From positions 188,604 through 252,603 of the IMG/VR virus record IMGVR_UViG_3300020810_001156: a stretch of DNA of 64,000 nt. The stretch is one strand, 5' to 3'. The position numbers were made by a program, and so were the translations under genes. This document shows positions 29,482 to 38,635 of this stretch, piece after piece. The notes beneath the pieces were generated by a model. It was not told the origin of the DNA, searched no databases, and saw only the letters and a program-made list of their open reading frames with translations. Numbering within the stretch: the stretch's first letter is position 1; every line of letters starts with the position of its first letter.

Positions 29482-29967
29482 ATGGCAAAAGGTAACATAT
29501 ACTGGTTTACAGGCCAACCGGCTCACGGAAAAACTGTACTCGGTAAGAAGTTAGTCGAACTCCTCCAAACCGAGAAAAGAAATTGGAGAAAAGATGTATT
29601 CCATGTAGATGGTGATGACCTAAGAGCCCTCACTGTAAATAAAGATTATTCAGAACAAGGTAGAATTGATAACATTCGTAGAGCTCAGATGATTGCTGAG
29701 TATCTTTGTAATAACGAATGTGATGTGGTCGTATCATTAGTAGCACCTTATGAATGGTTAAGAGAAGAATTTAAAGAAAGAATCGGTTTAGATAATTTTC
29801 AAGAGTTCTATGTACATTGCGCTACTCCAAGAGAAAGAGACCACTTCCATGCAAAGGATTATGTAGCACCTCAAAAGAATTTTTTTGATGTTGATACTAC
29901 AAAAGACAATCCGAATCAATCATTCACAAAAATCGTAAATCATTTAAGAGAAACAAATAAGTTATAA
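29482..29967 (+). CDS. cysC: Adenylyl-sulfate (APS) kinase-like protein
   Basis: WFTGQPAHGKT, DGDDLR, YSEQGRIDNIRR, VSLVAPY..RE, Y.AP. Confidence 0.8.
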   Translation: MAKGNIYWFTGQPAHGKTVLGKKLVELLQTEKRNWRKDVFHVDGDDLRALTVNKDYSEQGRIDNIRRAQMIAEYLCNNECDVVVSLVAPYEWLREEFKERIGLDNFQEFYVHCATPRERDHFHAKDYVAPQKNFFDVDTTKDNPNQSFTKIVNHLRETNKL

Positions 29968-30365
29968 TGGCAAATTTTCAAGCAAAAGCAGACAAAGAGA
30001 GTTCCTCTACGGAAAAGAAATATTCAGTATTTTTCGGGAGATGGCAACCATTTCACAAAGGTCACTATTGGCTAATTAATGAAAGGTTGAAAGAAGGAAA
30101 AAATGTGTGGGTAGCAATCAGAGATGTAAAACCTGATGAGAAAAACCCTTGGACAGCACATGAAATAATGATGAACCTTTCAGAGGAATTAAAAGACCTC
30201 ATTGAAGAAGGTAAAATCTTTTTATCAATTGTTCCTGATATTGAATCAATCAATTATGGAAGAGGGGTAGGATACGATGTAATTGAACACGTACCACCAC
30301 AAGAAATAGGTGAAATCTCTGCAACTTCTATTAGAGAACAAATGAAAAAAGATGGTAAGTTATAA
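29967..30365 (+). CDS. HxGH nucleotidyltransferase (cytidylyltransferase-like)
   Basis: GRWQPFHKGH, ISATSIR. Confidence 0.8.
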   Translation: MANFQAKADKESSSTEKKYSVFFGRWQPFHKGHYWLINERLKEGKNVWVAIRDVKPDEKNPWTAHEIMMNLSEELKDLIEEGKIFLSIVPDIESINYGRGVGYDVIEHVPPQEIGEISATSIREQMKKDGKL

Positions 30366-30564
30366 GAGACACATTGCTAAAACTATAAGTTGGAGGATTA
30401 TTGGTACATTAGATACAATGATACTATCAGCTGTAATCACTGGAAGTTGGGAAATGGGATTAGCTATCGGAGGTGTAGAAGTATTCACAAAAATGATACT
30501 TTATTTCCTTCACGAAAGAGCTTGGTATAGATTTTCTAAGTTTGGTGTAGAAAAAAAGGATTAA
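30352..30564 (+). CDS. DUF2061 membrane protein
   Basis: KRHIAKTISWRIIG...LYFLHERAW. Confidence 0.85.
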   Translation: MVSYKRHIAKTISWRIIGTLDTMILSAVITGSWEMGLAIGGVEVFTKMILYFLHERAWYRFSKFGVEKKD

Positions 30565-30610
30565 TCTATATTTATATACATAGAAACAAAAACATAAATA
30601 GTATATAAAA

Positions 30611-31177
30611 ATGGAAGATGTTACAAATGGGGAATCATTATTTCCCCAATATGACCCAACCAAAGATTTATCACAAGCACCTAAACAAAGAACCAAACGA
30701 GGTTTAGGAGCCAGACCACTTTTAGAATCTGAAATCAAAGAGATACAACAAAAGGCTCGTTCTGCGGCAGAAGCTGCAAGAATGTTGGGTGTATCCTATA
30801 ACACATATAAAAAATACGCTAAAGAATATGGTATCTTTGAGGATTTGAAAAATCCACATGGTATTGGTATTCGTAAGGGAACTAATCCTGGTACATTAGC
30901 ACATTCTTTAGATGATATTTTAGAAGGAAAGTATCCAGATTATCCAGTTTGGAAACTTAAAAAGAGATTACTCAATAATGGGTATATGTTAGAGAAGTGT
31001 AACAACTGTGGATTCGAAGAAAGAAGGGTAACTGATTTCAGAGTTCCATTGGTGTTAGATTTCTTAGATGGGGATAGATGTAATCATAAACATGAGAATC
31101 TTAGGATGTTATGTTTTAATTGTTCATTCCTTATAAATGGCAACCTTACAGGTCCAAAAAAAGAGTACGAATATTAA
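30611..31177 (+). CDS. HTH + degenerate HNH-fold protein
   Basis: SAAEAARMLGVSYNTYKKY HTH; C..CG, LDFLDG...N....NL..LC.NC. Confidence 0.65.
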   Translation: MEDVTNGESLFPQYDPTKDLSQAPKQRTKRGLGARPLLESEIKEIQQKARSAAEAARMLGVSYNTYKKYAKEYGIFEDLKNPHGIGIRKGTNPGTLAHSLDDILEGKYPDYPVWKLKKRLLNNGYMLEKCNNCGFEERRVTDFRVPLVLDFLDGDRCNHKHENLRMLCFNCSFLINGNLTGPKKEYEY

Positions 31178-31189
31178 TTTAATATTAAA

Positions 31190-31221
31190 TTTGGTTTTTT
31201 TGAATTTTTTTCGTATCTTTG
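31190..31221 (+). promoter_or_regulatory. Bacteroidota-type promoter
   Basis: TTTG-N20-TATCTTTG. Confidence 0.75.
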
Positions 31222-31253
31222 TTAAAATTAACAATATATAAAAATATAAACTT

Positions 31254-31463
31254 ATGAAATATTTTGAAGTTACAGTAGAAGTGGAAGTTGCAACACTTAA
31301 AAATGGCAACCCAAAACTAAGAAAAGAAATCTACTTGGTTGATGCTCAATCAGTAACCGAAGCAGAGGCAAGAGTTGTATCAGACTTTACCGATGCTGGA
31401 GTGAACATTGACTACAAAGTAAGTGGAGCAAAGGAGAGCAGAATTATAAGAGTTATTGAGTAA
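31254..31463 (+). CDS. DUF4494-like protein
   Basis: YFEV.V...NG..K...E.YLVDA.S.TEAEAR. Confidence 0.7.
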   Translation: MKYFEVTVEVEVATLKNGNPKLRKEIYLVDAQSVTEAEARVVSDFTDAGVNIDYKVSGAKESRIIRVIE

Positions 31464-31729
31464 TGAGTAAAGAACCAGAAGTTATTACCGAAGAAGTAAA
31501 AGTAAAAGTTGCTAAAAGAGTTCCACCTGGTGATAGGTGGTCTCCTTTGGACAATACTTCTGTTGTTTTAGATTCATTGACAGATGTATTAGAGTACATT
31601 TATCAAAAAAATGGAAATACCCAATTCTATATGGATGCGAGAGAGGGCTTCACTTATGTGATTCAACAAGAAGAAAAAGTTATAGAGCCCGAACCACAAA
31701 AAACGTATTCATTATATGGAGAGTATTAA
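31463..31729 (+). CDS. Hypothetical protein
   Basis: Coupled ORF; RVPPGDRW motif. Confidence 0.55.
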   Translation: MSKEPEVITEEVKVKVAKRVPPGDRWSPLDNTSVVLDSLTDVLEYIYQKNGNTQFYMDAREGFTYVIQQEEKVIEPEPQKTYSLYGEY

Positions 31730-31901
31730 ACGGTATTTCCGAAACGCATTAATTGGATTAGCAAGCATGATTTTGGCATCAATGTCTGTTCATAACAACC
31801 CAGAGTTACAAAACTTGGGTAAAAATGATGATGATAGTGACCAAGATTACCATATGTTTATCTAACCTTTTAATATTTATTAATAAATAAAAATCAATTT
31901 T

Positions 31902-32333
31902 ATGGACACTATTTTAATTATTTTAGGACTCGTAGTAGTAGCTGCTGCAGTTTATTATTTCGGATTCTACAAACAAGGCAAAATCAATGACAGAGATGGG
32001 GATTTTATTCCTGATGAAGTTGAAGATGCAGTAGAAGATGTTAAACAAACTGTAAAAACAGTTAAGAAAAGAGCTAAAAGAGTAGCAGAAGAAGCAAAAG
32101 ATGTAGTGGAAGCTGTTAAAGAAGTTGTAGAACAATCAAAAGATGTTGTTGAAGCAGCTAAAGGTGGGGGTAGGAAAGGTAGAAAATCTAACAAAGTAAC
32201 AAAATCTTCGTTAAGAGGAAAAACAAAAACAGAGTTAGTTTCTATTGCAAAATCAGAATTCGATGTAGAATTAGATTCTTCACTTACCAAAACAAATCTT
32301 ATCAATAAAGTTTACGCGTTATATAACAAGTAA
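31902..32333 (+). CDS. Membrane-anchored protein with a C-terminal Rho-N/SAP-like helical domain
   Basis: TM, DRDGDFIPD, VKE repeats, KTELVSIAK...TKTNLI. Confidence 0.55.
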   Translation: MDTILIILGLVVVAAAVYYFGFYKQGKINDRDGDFIPDEVEDAVEDVKQTVKTVKKRAKRVAEEAKDVVEAVKEVVEQSKDVVEAAKGGGRKGRKSNKVTKSSLRGKTKTELVSIAKSEFDVELDSSLTKTNLINKVYALYNK

Positions 32334-32347
32334 TTTTATAGGTAAAG

Positions 32348-32659
32348 ATGGAAATGGAGTATTTTATCATATTTGGTTGTATATTAGTAGTAATAGCATC
32401 ACTAACATTTGTTATAATCAGATTAATGAGTTCACTTTCTGATTTGAAGTACGAACTCAAACTTGGTAAAATAAACTGCCAAAAAGATTTAGATAGATTG
32501 GAGGACAAGATTAATAGGTTCTCCAATCAATCTTCTTCACAATCGCAATATTCAAAAGATATTGAAAAGTTAGATAAACTTATAAAATCTTTGAATAAAA
32601 TGGTAGATGGGAAAATTGATGATATTCAATCTACTAAAAGGATTTTGGGAGATGAGTAG
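32348..32659 (+). CDS. Membrane-anchored coiled-coil hypothetical protein
   Basis: N-terminal TM. Confidence 0.5.
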   Translation: MEMEYFIIFGCILVVIASLTFVIIRLMSSLSDLKYELKLGKINCQKDLDRLEDKINRFSNQSSSQSQYSKDIEKLDKLIKSLNKMVDGKIDDIQSTKRILGDE

Positions 32660-32828
32660 AATACCTTTATCAGAACTTATATTACTAATGTGTGTAGCGT
32701 TCTCTATTGGGTTCTCACTTTTCTTGTTTTTAATATTAGAAGAAAAAATGTTGGGATTGTTCATCGGAATGTGGGCACCAACGATTATGGGTTTAATAAA
32801 CTACATAAACATAAAATTTAAACGATAA
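32652..32828 (+). CDS. Small membrane protein
   Basis: GLFIGMWAPT; two TMs; ATG 32652 preferred. Confidence 0.5.
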   Translation: MSRIPLSELILLMCVAFSIGFSLFLFLILEEKMLGLFIGMWAPTIMGLINYINIKFKR

Positions 32829-32839
32829 CTTTAATTTTA

Positions 32840-33607
32840 ATGAAAAATGTTACAATTCTTTTGCAGGGTAAAATCTTGCAACCTACAATAGATTTCTATG
32901 TTGAGAACTATCCAACCGCAAATGTGGTTATTTCTACTTGGATAGGTTCAGAATTGAATTTTTCAAATTTACCTGAAACTTACAAAGTGGTACTTAGTAA
33001 ATTACCACCAAATTCCGGTTTCCAAAACATAAACTATCAACTTATATCTACGCTTACTGGTTTGAAGTTAGTAGATACTGATTATGTAATAAAAATAAGG
33101 GGAGATGAATATTTTTCAAATATGGAATATGTAGCTAATGAAGTTGCTATGAATCCAAAAAAAATACATTGTTCTCCGATATTTTTTAGACATTGGAGTT
33201 TCATACCATTTCATTTTTCAGACCATCTAATTGCATCAACTAAAGATAACCTTCAACTTATGTTTGAAAAAACTAAATTAAATGTTGATAACTTACTTAT
33301 ATGGTATGAAAAAGATGGTAAAAGGCAATCTTATTGGGAACCTGAAATTAATTTTACTCGTTCTTATTTAATGGCTAAAGAACCTGAAAGATGGGGTAAT
33401 GTAGATGGTAGAAAATTAATGGTAGATAATTTTGAAATATTGAATATAAAAAAATTACATCCATATAAGATTGTAGCAAATATATTCAAAGCACAATGGA
33501 CAGATGGATTCATCCCAGAAAGAAATTTTAGTATATCTGATGTAAGACGATTATACTTAAACAAAGAACAAGCATATGATACTAATATCACACCGAGGCA
33601 ACATTAA
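32840..33607 (+). CDS. WavE-like polysaccharide synthesis protein
   Basis: ILLQG, VISTW, NINYQ..ST..GL, KIRGD, FHFSD, PE. Confidence 0.75.
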   Translation: MKNVTILLQGKILQPTIDFYVENYPTANVVISTWIGSELNFSNLPETYKVVLSKLPPNSGFQNINYQLISTLTGLKLVDTDYVIKIRGDEYFSNMEYVANEVAMNPKKIHCSPIFFRHWSFIPFHFSDHLIASTKDNLQLMFEKTKLNVDNLLIWYEKDGKRQSYWEPEINFTRSYLMAKEPERWGNVDGRKLMVDNFEILNIKKLHPYKIVANIFKAQWTDGFIPERNFSISDVRRLYLNKEQAYDTNITPRQH

Positions 33608-34031
33608 TCGTAAAAATATCGAAAAAGAAAATCATCCATCATATATCGATGAAGCTATTGAAGCTGGTTATGATGTTGAGATAGATATTTGGTATTTGGA
33701 GGGTAGGTTATTTTTAGGACATGATACTCCTGATTATTTAGTTGATATCAATTGGTTAGAAAATCGTTCTAATAAACTTTGGATTCATTGTAAGAACATG
33801 GATGCATTATCTTACTTCAATGAATATGAATGGAAGAAATCAATTCAATTCAATTACTTTTCACATGATGTAGATATGGGAGTTTTGACTTCACATAGCT
33901 ATATTTGGTCAACCAATTTATATGATAGGGGTATTTTGGTTCTACCTGAGGTATTTAATAAAGAACCATTTAAAGGTACGATAGGAATTTGTTCAGATGT
34001 AATAGAAAAGTATAAAGATGAAAGTAAATAA
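33576..34031 (+). CDS. Short GDPD/PLC-like phosphodiesterase
   Basis: ISHRGN, EN.P, GYDVEID, LGHD, WIHCKN, GICSD. Confidence 0.75.
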   Translation: MILISHRGNINRKNIEKENHPSYIDEAIEAGYDVEIDIWYLEGRLFLGHDTPDYLVDINWLENRSNKLWIHCKNMDALSYFNEYEWKKSIQFNYFSHDVDMGVLTSHSYIWSTNLYDRGILVLPEVFNKEPFKGTIGICSDVIEKYKDESK

Positions 34032-34341
34032 ACTAAACGATATGTTCAGAGGATGGATAGTTGGAAACTTTGAACCATCACTTTGGAAAACTGATGATGT
34101 TGAGGTTGCAGTAAAAACCTATAAAAAGGGTGATTACGAACAAAAACATTACCACAAAGTAGCAACTGAAATCACCATCATTTCAAAGGGTAGAGTTTTG
34201 ATGAATAATGAACTTTACGAAGAAGGTGATATTATTACAATAGAGCCAGGAGAAGCAACTGATTTTAGAGTATTGGAAGATACTATAACAACTGTAATTA
34301 AGTTTCCTTGTTTAACTGATGATAAATATTTAGTTAAGTGA
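34018..34341 (+). CDS. Cupin protein
   Basis: GWIVGNFEP, HYHKVATE. Confidence 0.8.
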   Translation: MKVNKLNDMFRGWIVGNFEPSLWKTDDVEVAVKTYKKGDYEQKHYHKVATEITIISKGRVLMNNELYEEGDIITIEPGEATDFRVLEDTITTVIKFPCLTDDKYLVK

Positions 34342-35810
34342 ATTTAAGATTTATAAACATACCATTAACCGGTGGATTTCATTTTGAAAAAAACTTTGAT
34401 TCAAGATGGGGAACTATAAACTCCCATCCATATAAAATAGTGAGTGTTGGTCATTCTTGGAACTACAAAACTCAGATTAAAGGATGGCAAGATTGGGATT
34501 TTCCCAACCAACCTCAGAATGTAATGAGGGATGTAGCAGTATTTTCAGTTCCTAAAGATGATATATTGGTTACAACAATTAGAAATCCATTTGAAATATT
34601 ATTTGAATATTACAATTATAATTGGGCTAGATGTAAAGTTCACACTAAATCAGAAACGTTTGAACACTTTGTTGATTCTTACTTAAATGAGGAATTTCAT
34701 GCACCTGCATTTTCAAAAAGTTTATTTTCTCAATTAAAGGATATTGATGGCAATTGGTTAATCGATGATACATCAATAGTATTAAGATGGGAAACCTTAA
34801 AATTGGATTTTGAAAAGTTTGGAAAACATATAAAAGTAGATGTTACAGATTATAATTTTCCTAAAACAAATTTTGATTGGAAACAAAAATATAGAAAAGA
34901 CCAGATTCATCAATTATCTAAACTATGGAAAGCTGATTTAGAATACTTTGGATATTCTTTTAATGGATTAACCCAAACAGTATCTAAAATAGAAATAAAA
35001 AAACCAAAGATAGCTATTTGTTTTTCTGGACACCTTAGAGATTTGGAAAGAACAAAAGATTATTGGAATGAGATGATTCGGAAGTATGATATGGATGTAT
35101 ATGCATCCTTTTGGGATATTGAAAATGAAAAATTGGGTGATACCTTAAATAACTTTAAAAAATTGTATAATACAAAGATAATTGAAGTGGATAACTATTT
35201 AAATTTTCACAAATCAACTCAGGTATTAGTACAACCAACCTTAAATCCACCAAAAGAATTAGCACCTCAGTTGCAAGAAGCTACCAAAAGATTTGGACAA
35301 TTACCAATGTGGTATAAGATTTGGAAAGCTAATATGCTGACCAAAACGTTTGATATAGATTACGATATTGTGGTTAGAGCTAGAACCGATTCTTTTTTTA
35401 TTGGAGATATTTCAATTGATAAAACCGATATGATAAATGTACCTATTGGTAGAAATCATATTAAAGTTTGGCCTAATTCCGAAGGTATTAATGATATATT
35501 TGCATATGGTTCTCCGAAACTTATGGATTACTACTCATCTACATTTATTCACATGATGGAATATCTTAATATGGGATATTACCCATTTCCACCAGAACAC
35601 TTTTTAAGAGTTCATTTAAGTAGAATAGATACTATTGTTAGATTTATTCCCAATTATATTACAATAACAAGAACATCACTGGGCCGAGAAGATGAAATTT
35701 ATAATAACTTCGTAAAAAATCTTCAAGAAGAGCGAATACATACTTCTAATATGCGATTTGAATTACCAAGTTCAAATAAATTTACAAAACCAATATCTGA
35801 TTCTTTTTGA
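34338..35810 (+). CDS. Sulfotransferase-like domain fused to a KIAICFSG-type putative glycosyltransferase
   Basis: IPLTGG, RNPF, R.ETL..DF and D..YFGYSF in the N-half; IAICFSGHLR and RARTD in the C-half. Confidence 0.65.
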   Translation: MNLRFINIPLTGGFHFEKNFDSRWGTINSHPYKIVSVGHSWNYKTQIKGWQDWDFPNQPQNVMRDVAVFSVPKDDILVTTIRNPFEILFEYYNYNWARCKVHTKSETFEHFVDSYLNEEFHAPAFSKSLFSQLKDIDGNWLIDDTSIVLRWETLKLDFEKFGKHIKVDVTDYNFPKTNFDWKQKYRKDQIHQLSKLWKADLEYFGYSFNGLTQTVSKIEIKKPKIAICFSGHLRDLERTKDYWNEMIRKYDMDVYASFWDIENEKLGDTLNNFKKLYNTKIIEVDNYLNFHKSTQVLVQPTLNPPKELAPQLQEATKRFGQLPMWYKIWKANMLTKTFDIDYDIVVRARTDSFFIGDISIDKTDMINVPIGRNHIKVWPNSEGINDIFAYGSPKLMDYYSSTFIHMMEYLNMGYYPFPPEHFLRVHLSRIDTIVRFIPNYITITRTSLGREDEIYNNFVKNLQEERIHTSNMRFELPSSNKFTKPISDSF

Positions 35811-35855
35811 TTTTTTAAAAACTCTATATTTAATCCAAACAATATTAGATTAACT

Positions 35856-36008
35856 ATGGAAGATAAAGTTAGAGATATATTAGAAAATTTAGAAGAAGCT
35901 ATTTCTTATGAGGATTGGAGTAGAGTTGAAGATGTAAGAAAAGAATTACTCTTCTTATTAGATGAGTTAGAGTCCGATTTTCCATCCAACTTCGATGAAG
36001 ATTATTAA
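35856..36008 (+). CDS. Acidic 50-aa hypothetical protein (not in ORF track)
   Basis: Read by hand: MEDKVRDILENLEEAISYEDW...FDEDY. Confidence 0.5.
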   Translation: MEDKVRDILENLEEAISYEDWSRVEDVRKELLFLLDELESDFPSNFDEDY

Positions 36009-36071
36009 AAAATAATTCACAAAAAGCTTGCATGTTTCAATAATTATTTGTATATTAGTACTGTAATTGAT
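36007..36071 (+). repeat. Promoter-bearing direct repeat, copy 1
   Basis: AAAATAATTCACAAAA.GCTTG-N20-TATATTAGTACTGTAATTGA, repeated at 36313. Confidence 0.8.
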
Positions 36072-36077
36072 TGAGAT

Positions 36078-36314
36078 ATGAATAATAATACACTACTTAC
36101 CAACGCTGTAAACCAAATGATTATCAACGGATTTCATAAATTGGAATCAGTTGGATGTTTATTGGATTCAGATGTTGGTTCTGTTTATCCTATGAATGAG
36201 GATGGAACTCCTGATTGGAATTGTGAAATTTCCCTTATCGATGATGAGGTAAATTCTGAATGGTGGGAAGCTCTTTCCCCAGAAGATTACAAACTTTGTA
36301 AAGAATTTTATTAA
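36078..36314 (+). CDS. Acidic hypothetical protein
   Basis: Lies between the two repeat copies. Confidence 0.55.
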   Translation: MNNNTLLTNAVNQMIINGFHKLESVGCLLDSDVGSVYPMNEDGTPDWNCEISLIDDEVNSEWWEALSPEDYKLCKEFY

Positions 36315-36375
36315 AAATAATTCACAAAAGGCTTGTATATGTCAAAAATTATACATATATTAGTACTGTAATTGA
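36313..36375 (+). repeat. Promoter-bearing direct repeat, copy 2
   Basis: CTTG-N20-TATATTAG followed by TACTGTAATTGA. Confidence 0.8.
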
Positions 36376-36404
36376 GAGATAAGTTAAAACCTAAAACAAA
36401 TAAT

Positions 36405-38522
36405 ATGAGTAAATACGGAAATTCTTCTTACTGGTTGCAAGATTGGGAAGATGATGATATTGTAGTTGATACGATGACCGATGTAGAGAAGAAATCACAT
36501 GACCTCTACAAATTATCAGCTGGTAAACGAGCTATCTCAAACTTCGTTAATATCGTTACCAATGATTCCATTCCAGTAAAATTCAACACTAGAGGTGATT
36601 CCTACACCGATGGTAAATCAGTAGTAATTGGTTCTAATATTGTAGAACCTAAAGATTTCGATATCGCTGTTGGTTTGGCACTGCACGAAGGTTCACACAT
36701 CAAACTTTCAGATTTTAATGTTCTAAGAGATATTTACAATTTGATTCCCGATTATGTAAAGGATGGGGCAATCAAAAAAGGTATTTACAATGTAACCTCA
36801 GTAATCAAAGATATTTGGAATGTGATTGAGGACCGAAGAATTGATAGATTCGTATTTGATTCGGCTCCAGGTTATAGAGATTACTACCGAGCAATGTACG
36901 ATAAGTACTTCAACGATAAGTTGATTGATAAAGGATTACTTTCAGATGAATATACTGAAGAGAGTGTTGATTCTTATATGTTCCGAATTATCAACCTTCA
37001 CAACAAAAATACTGACCTTAACGCTTTAAAGGGGCTTAGAGAGATTTATAAGGTAATTGGGTTAGGTAGTATAGATAGATTAAAAAACACCTCAGATTCC
37101 TTTGAAGTGGCTCTAAAGGTATTCCAAATCATTATGAGTAACTTACCATCGGCTGAAAATGGTGAAGGTGAGGGTTCTGGTAATGGTGACCAGAACGAAG
37201 AACTTCAACCTCAGAATTCTGAAGGTAATGGTGGTAATAGTTCTGATGAGCCAAGAGAGATGACTGATGAAGAGTTCGAAGATTTTTCAAATGGAATGAA
37301 TGGTTCAGCTCCTTCTGGTGGTGGTGATGATACTCCAACTGGTGGTAGTGGAATGAATGTTGATAATATGCCCGATGAGATGGGTGGTAACCCATCTAAT
37401 TCATCATCTAAGGGTGGTAAAGAAGTTGAAAAGGTAAAACTATCAGATAGACAAAAAGACCTTCTTCAAAAGAAGATTGAAAAACAAAAGAAGTTTATGG
37501 ATGGTGATATTCGTAAGAAAACCATCTCTAAAAAAGATAATGATAACCTTCAAGCAATTGATGAGAGTGGTTCTGAAGCAGTAACTGTTGGACAGAATAT
37601 TGAGCAAGGTTGGGGAAGTGTTTCCAAAGGTGTTCAATGTATTGTGGTTAAGAAATTAACTCAATCACTATTGGAATCAGAAATGTTCCCAATGACTTAC
37701 AATAACTATTGGAATACTTCTGAAGAGGGTGTAATCAAACGATATAACGAAAAAGAAGTAATCGAAGGTATCAAACTTGGTACTATCTTAGGTAAGAAAC
37801 TTCAAGTAAGAGGTGAAGATAGAAACACAATCTTTAATCGCCAGAAGCATGGTAAGATTGATAAGAGAATGATTTCTTCTTTAGGATTTGGTAATGAGAA
37901 TGTTTTCTCTTACATTGAAACTGATTCTTACAAAAAAGCTAATCTTCACATCTCAATCGATGCTAGTGGTTCGATGAATGGTGATAAGTGGAATAAGACT
38001 ATGACTAATGTGGTTGCACTTTGTAAGGCAGTTGATATGATTCAGAATCTTTCAATTCAGGTTTCATTTAGAACTACTTCACAAAATACTCCTTACATTG
38101 TGATGGCTTATGATTCTAAAGTAGATAAGTTCTCTAAAGTAAAAAAGATGTTTCCAACACTTAATCCTGGTGGAACTACTCCTGAGGGGTTATGTTATGA
38201 AGCAATTATGAAAAACTTTTTGAGTTCTAACAATGATATGGATTCATACTTCCTTAATATTTCAGATGGTGAACCTTACTTTGGTACTACTGGAATGTAC
38301 TACTCTGGTGATATCGCTTTCAATCACACTAGAAAAATGGTGAAGCAGATTGAGGGAATGGGAATCAAAACTCTTTCTTACTTTGTAGAGACTTGGGTAA
38401 AAGAAGGTGGTGAACCATCCGATGGATTTAAGAAGATGTATGGTAAGGCAGCAAAACTGATTGATGTAACCAATGTTGCTCAGATTACCAAAACAATGAA
38501 TCAACTATTTTTAACAAAATAA
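36405..38522 (+). CDS. HExxH metallopeptidase-like domain + acidic linker + vWA domain protein
   Basis: LHEGSH, N..EDRRID, E/G/S-rich linker, MIDAS IDASGSM, GGTTP, ISDG; ATG 36405 preferred. Confidence 0.85.
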   Translation: MSKYGNSSYWLQDWEDDDIVVDTMTDVEKKSHDLYKLSAGKRAISNFVNIVTNDSIPVKFNTRGDSYTDGKSVVIGSNIVEPKDFDIAVGLALHEGSHIKLSDFNVLRDIYNLIPDYVKDGAIKKGIYNVTSVIKDIWNVIEDRRIDRFVFDSAPGYRDYYRAMYDKYFNDKLIDKGLLSDEYTEESVDSYMFRIINLHNKNTDLNALKGLREIYKVIGLGSIDRLKNTSDSFEVALKVFQIIMSNLPSAENGEGEGSGNGDQNEELQPQNSEGNGGNSSDEPREMTDEEFEDFSNGMNGSAPSGGGDDTPTGGSGMNVDNMPDEMGGNPSNSSSKGGKEVEKVKLSDRQKDLLQKKIEKQKKFMDGDIRKKTISKKDNDNLQAIDESGSEAVTVGQNIEQGWGSVSKGVQCIVVKKLTQSLLESEMFPMTYNNYWNTSEEGVIKRYNEKEVIEGIKLGTILGKKLQVRGEDRNTIFNRQKHGKIDKRMISSLGFGNENVFSYIETDSYKKANLHISIDASGSMNGDKWNKTMTNVVALCKAVDMIQNLSIQVSFRTTSQNTPYIVMAYDSKVDKFSKVKKMFPTLNPGGTTPEGLCYEAIMKNFLSSNNDMDSYFLNISDGEPYFGTTGMYYSGDIAFNHTRKMVKQIEGMGIKTLSYFVETWVKEGGEPSDGFKKMYGKAAKLIDVTNVAQITKTMNQLFLTK

Positions 38523-38544
38523 ATGAAAAATAAATGAGAAAAGG

Positions 38545-38606
38545 CTTGCATGTTTCAAATCTTTTTCTTATATTAGTATAGTAATTGAGTGGGAGAGAAA
38601 CTCCCA
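38545..38606 (+). promoter_or_regulatory. Promoter (third variant of the repeat) with a 5' stem-loop
   Basis: CTTG-N20-TATATTAG, GTAATTGA, then TGGGAG-AGAAA-CTCCCA. Confidence 0.65.
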
Positions 38607-38635
38607 AAGTTTAAAACCCTAAAATAATAAAAGTT

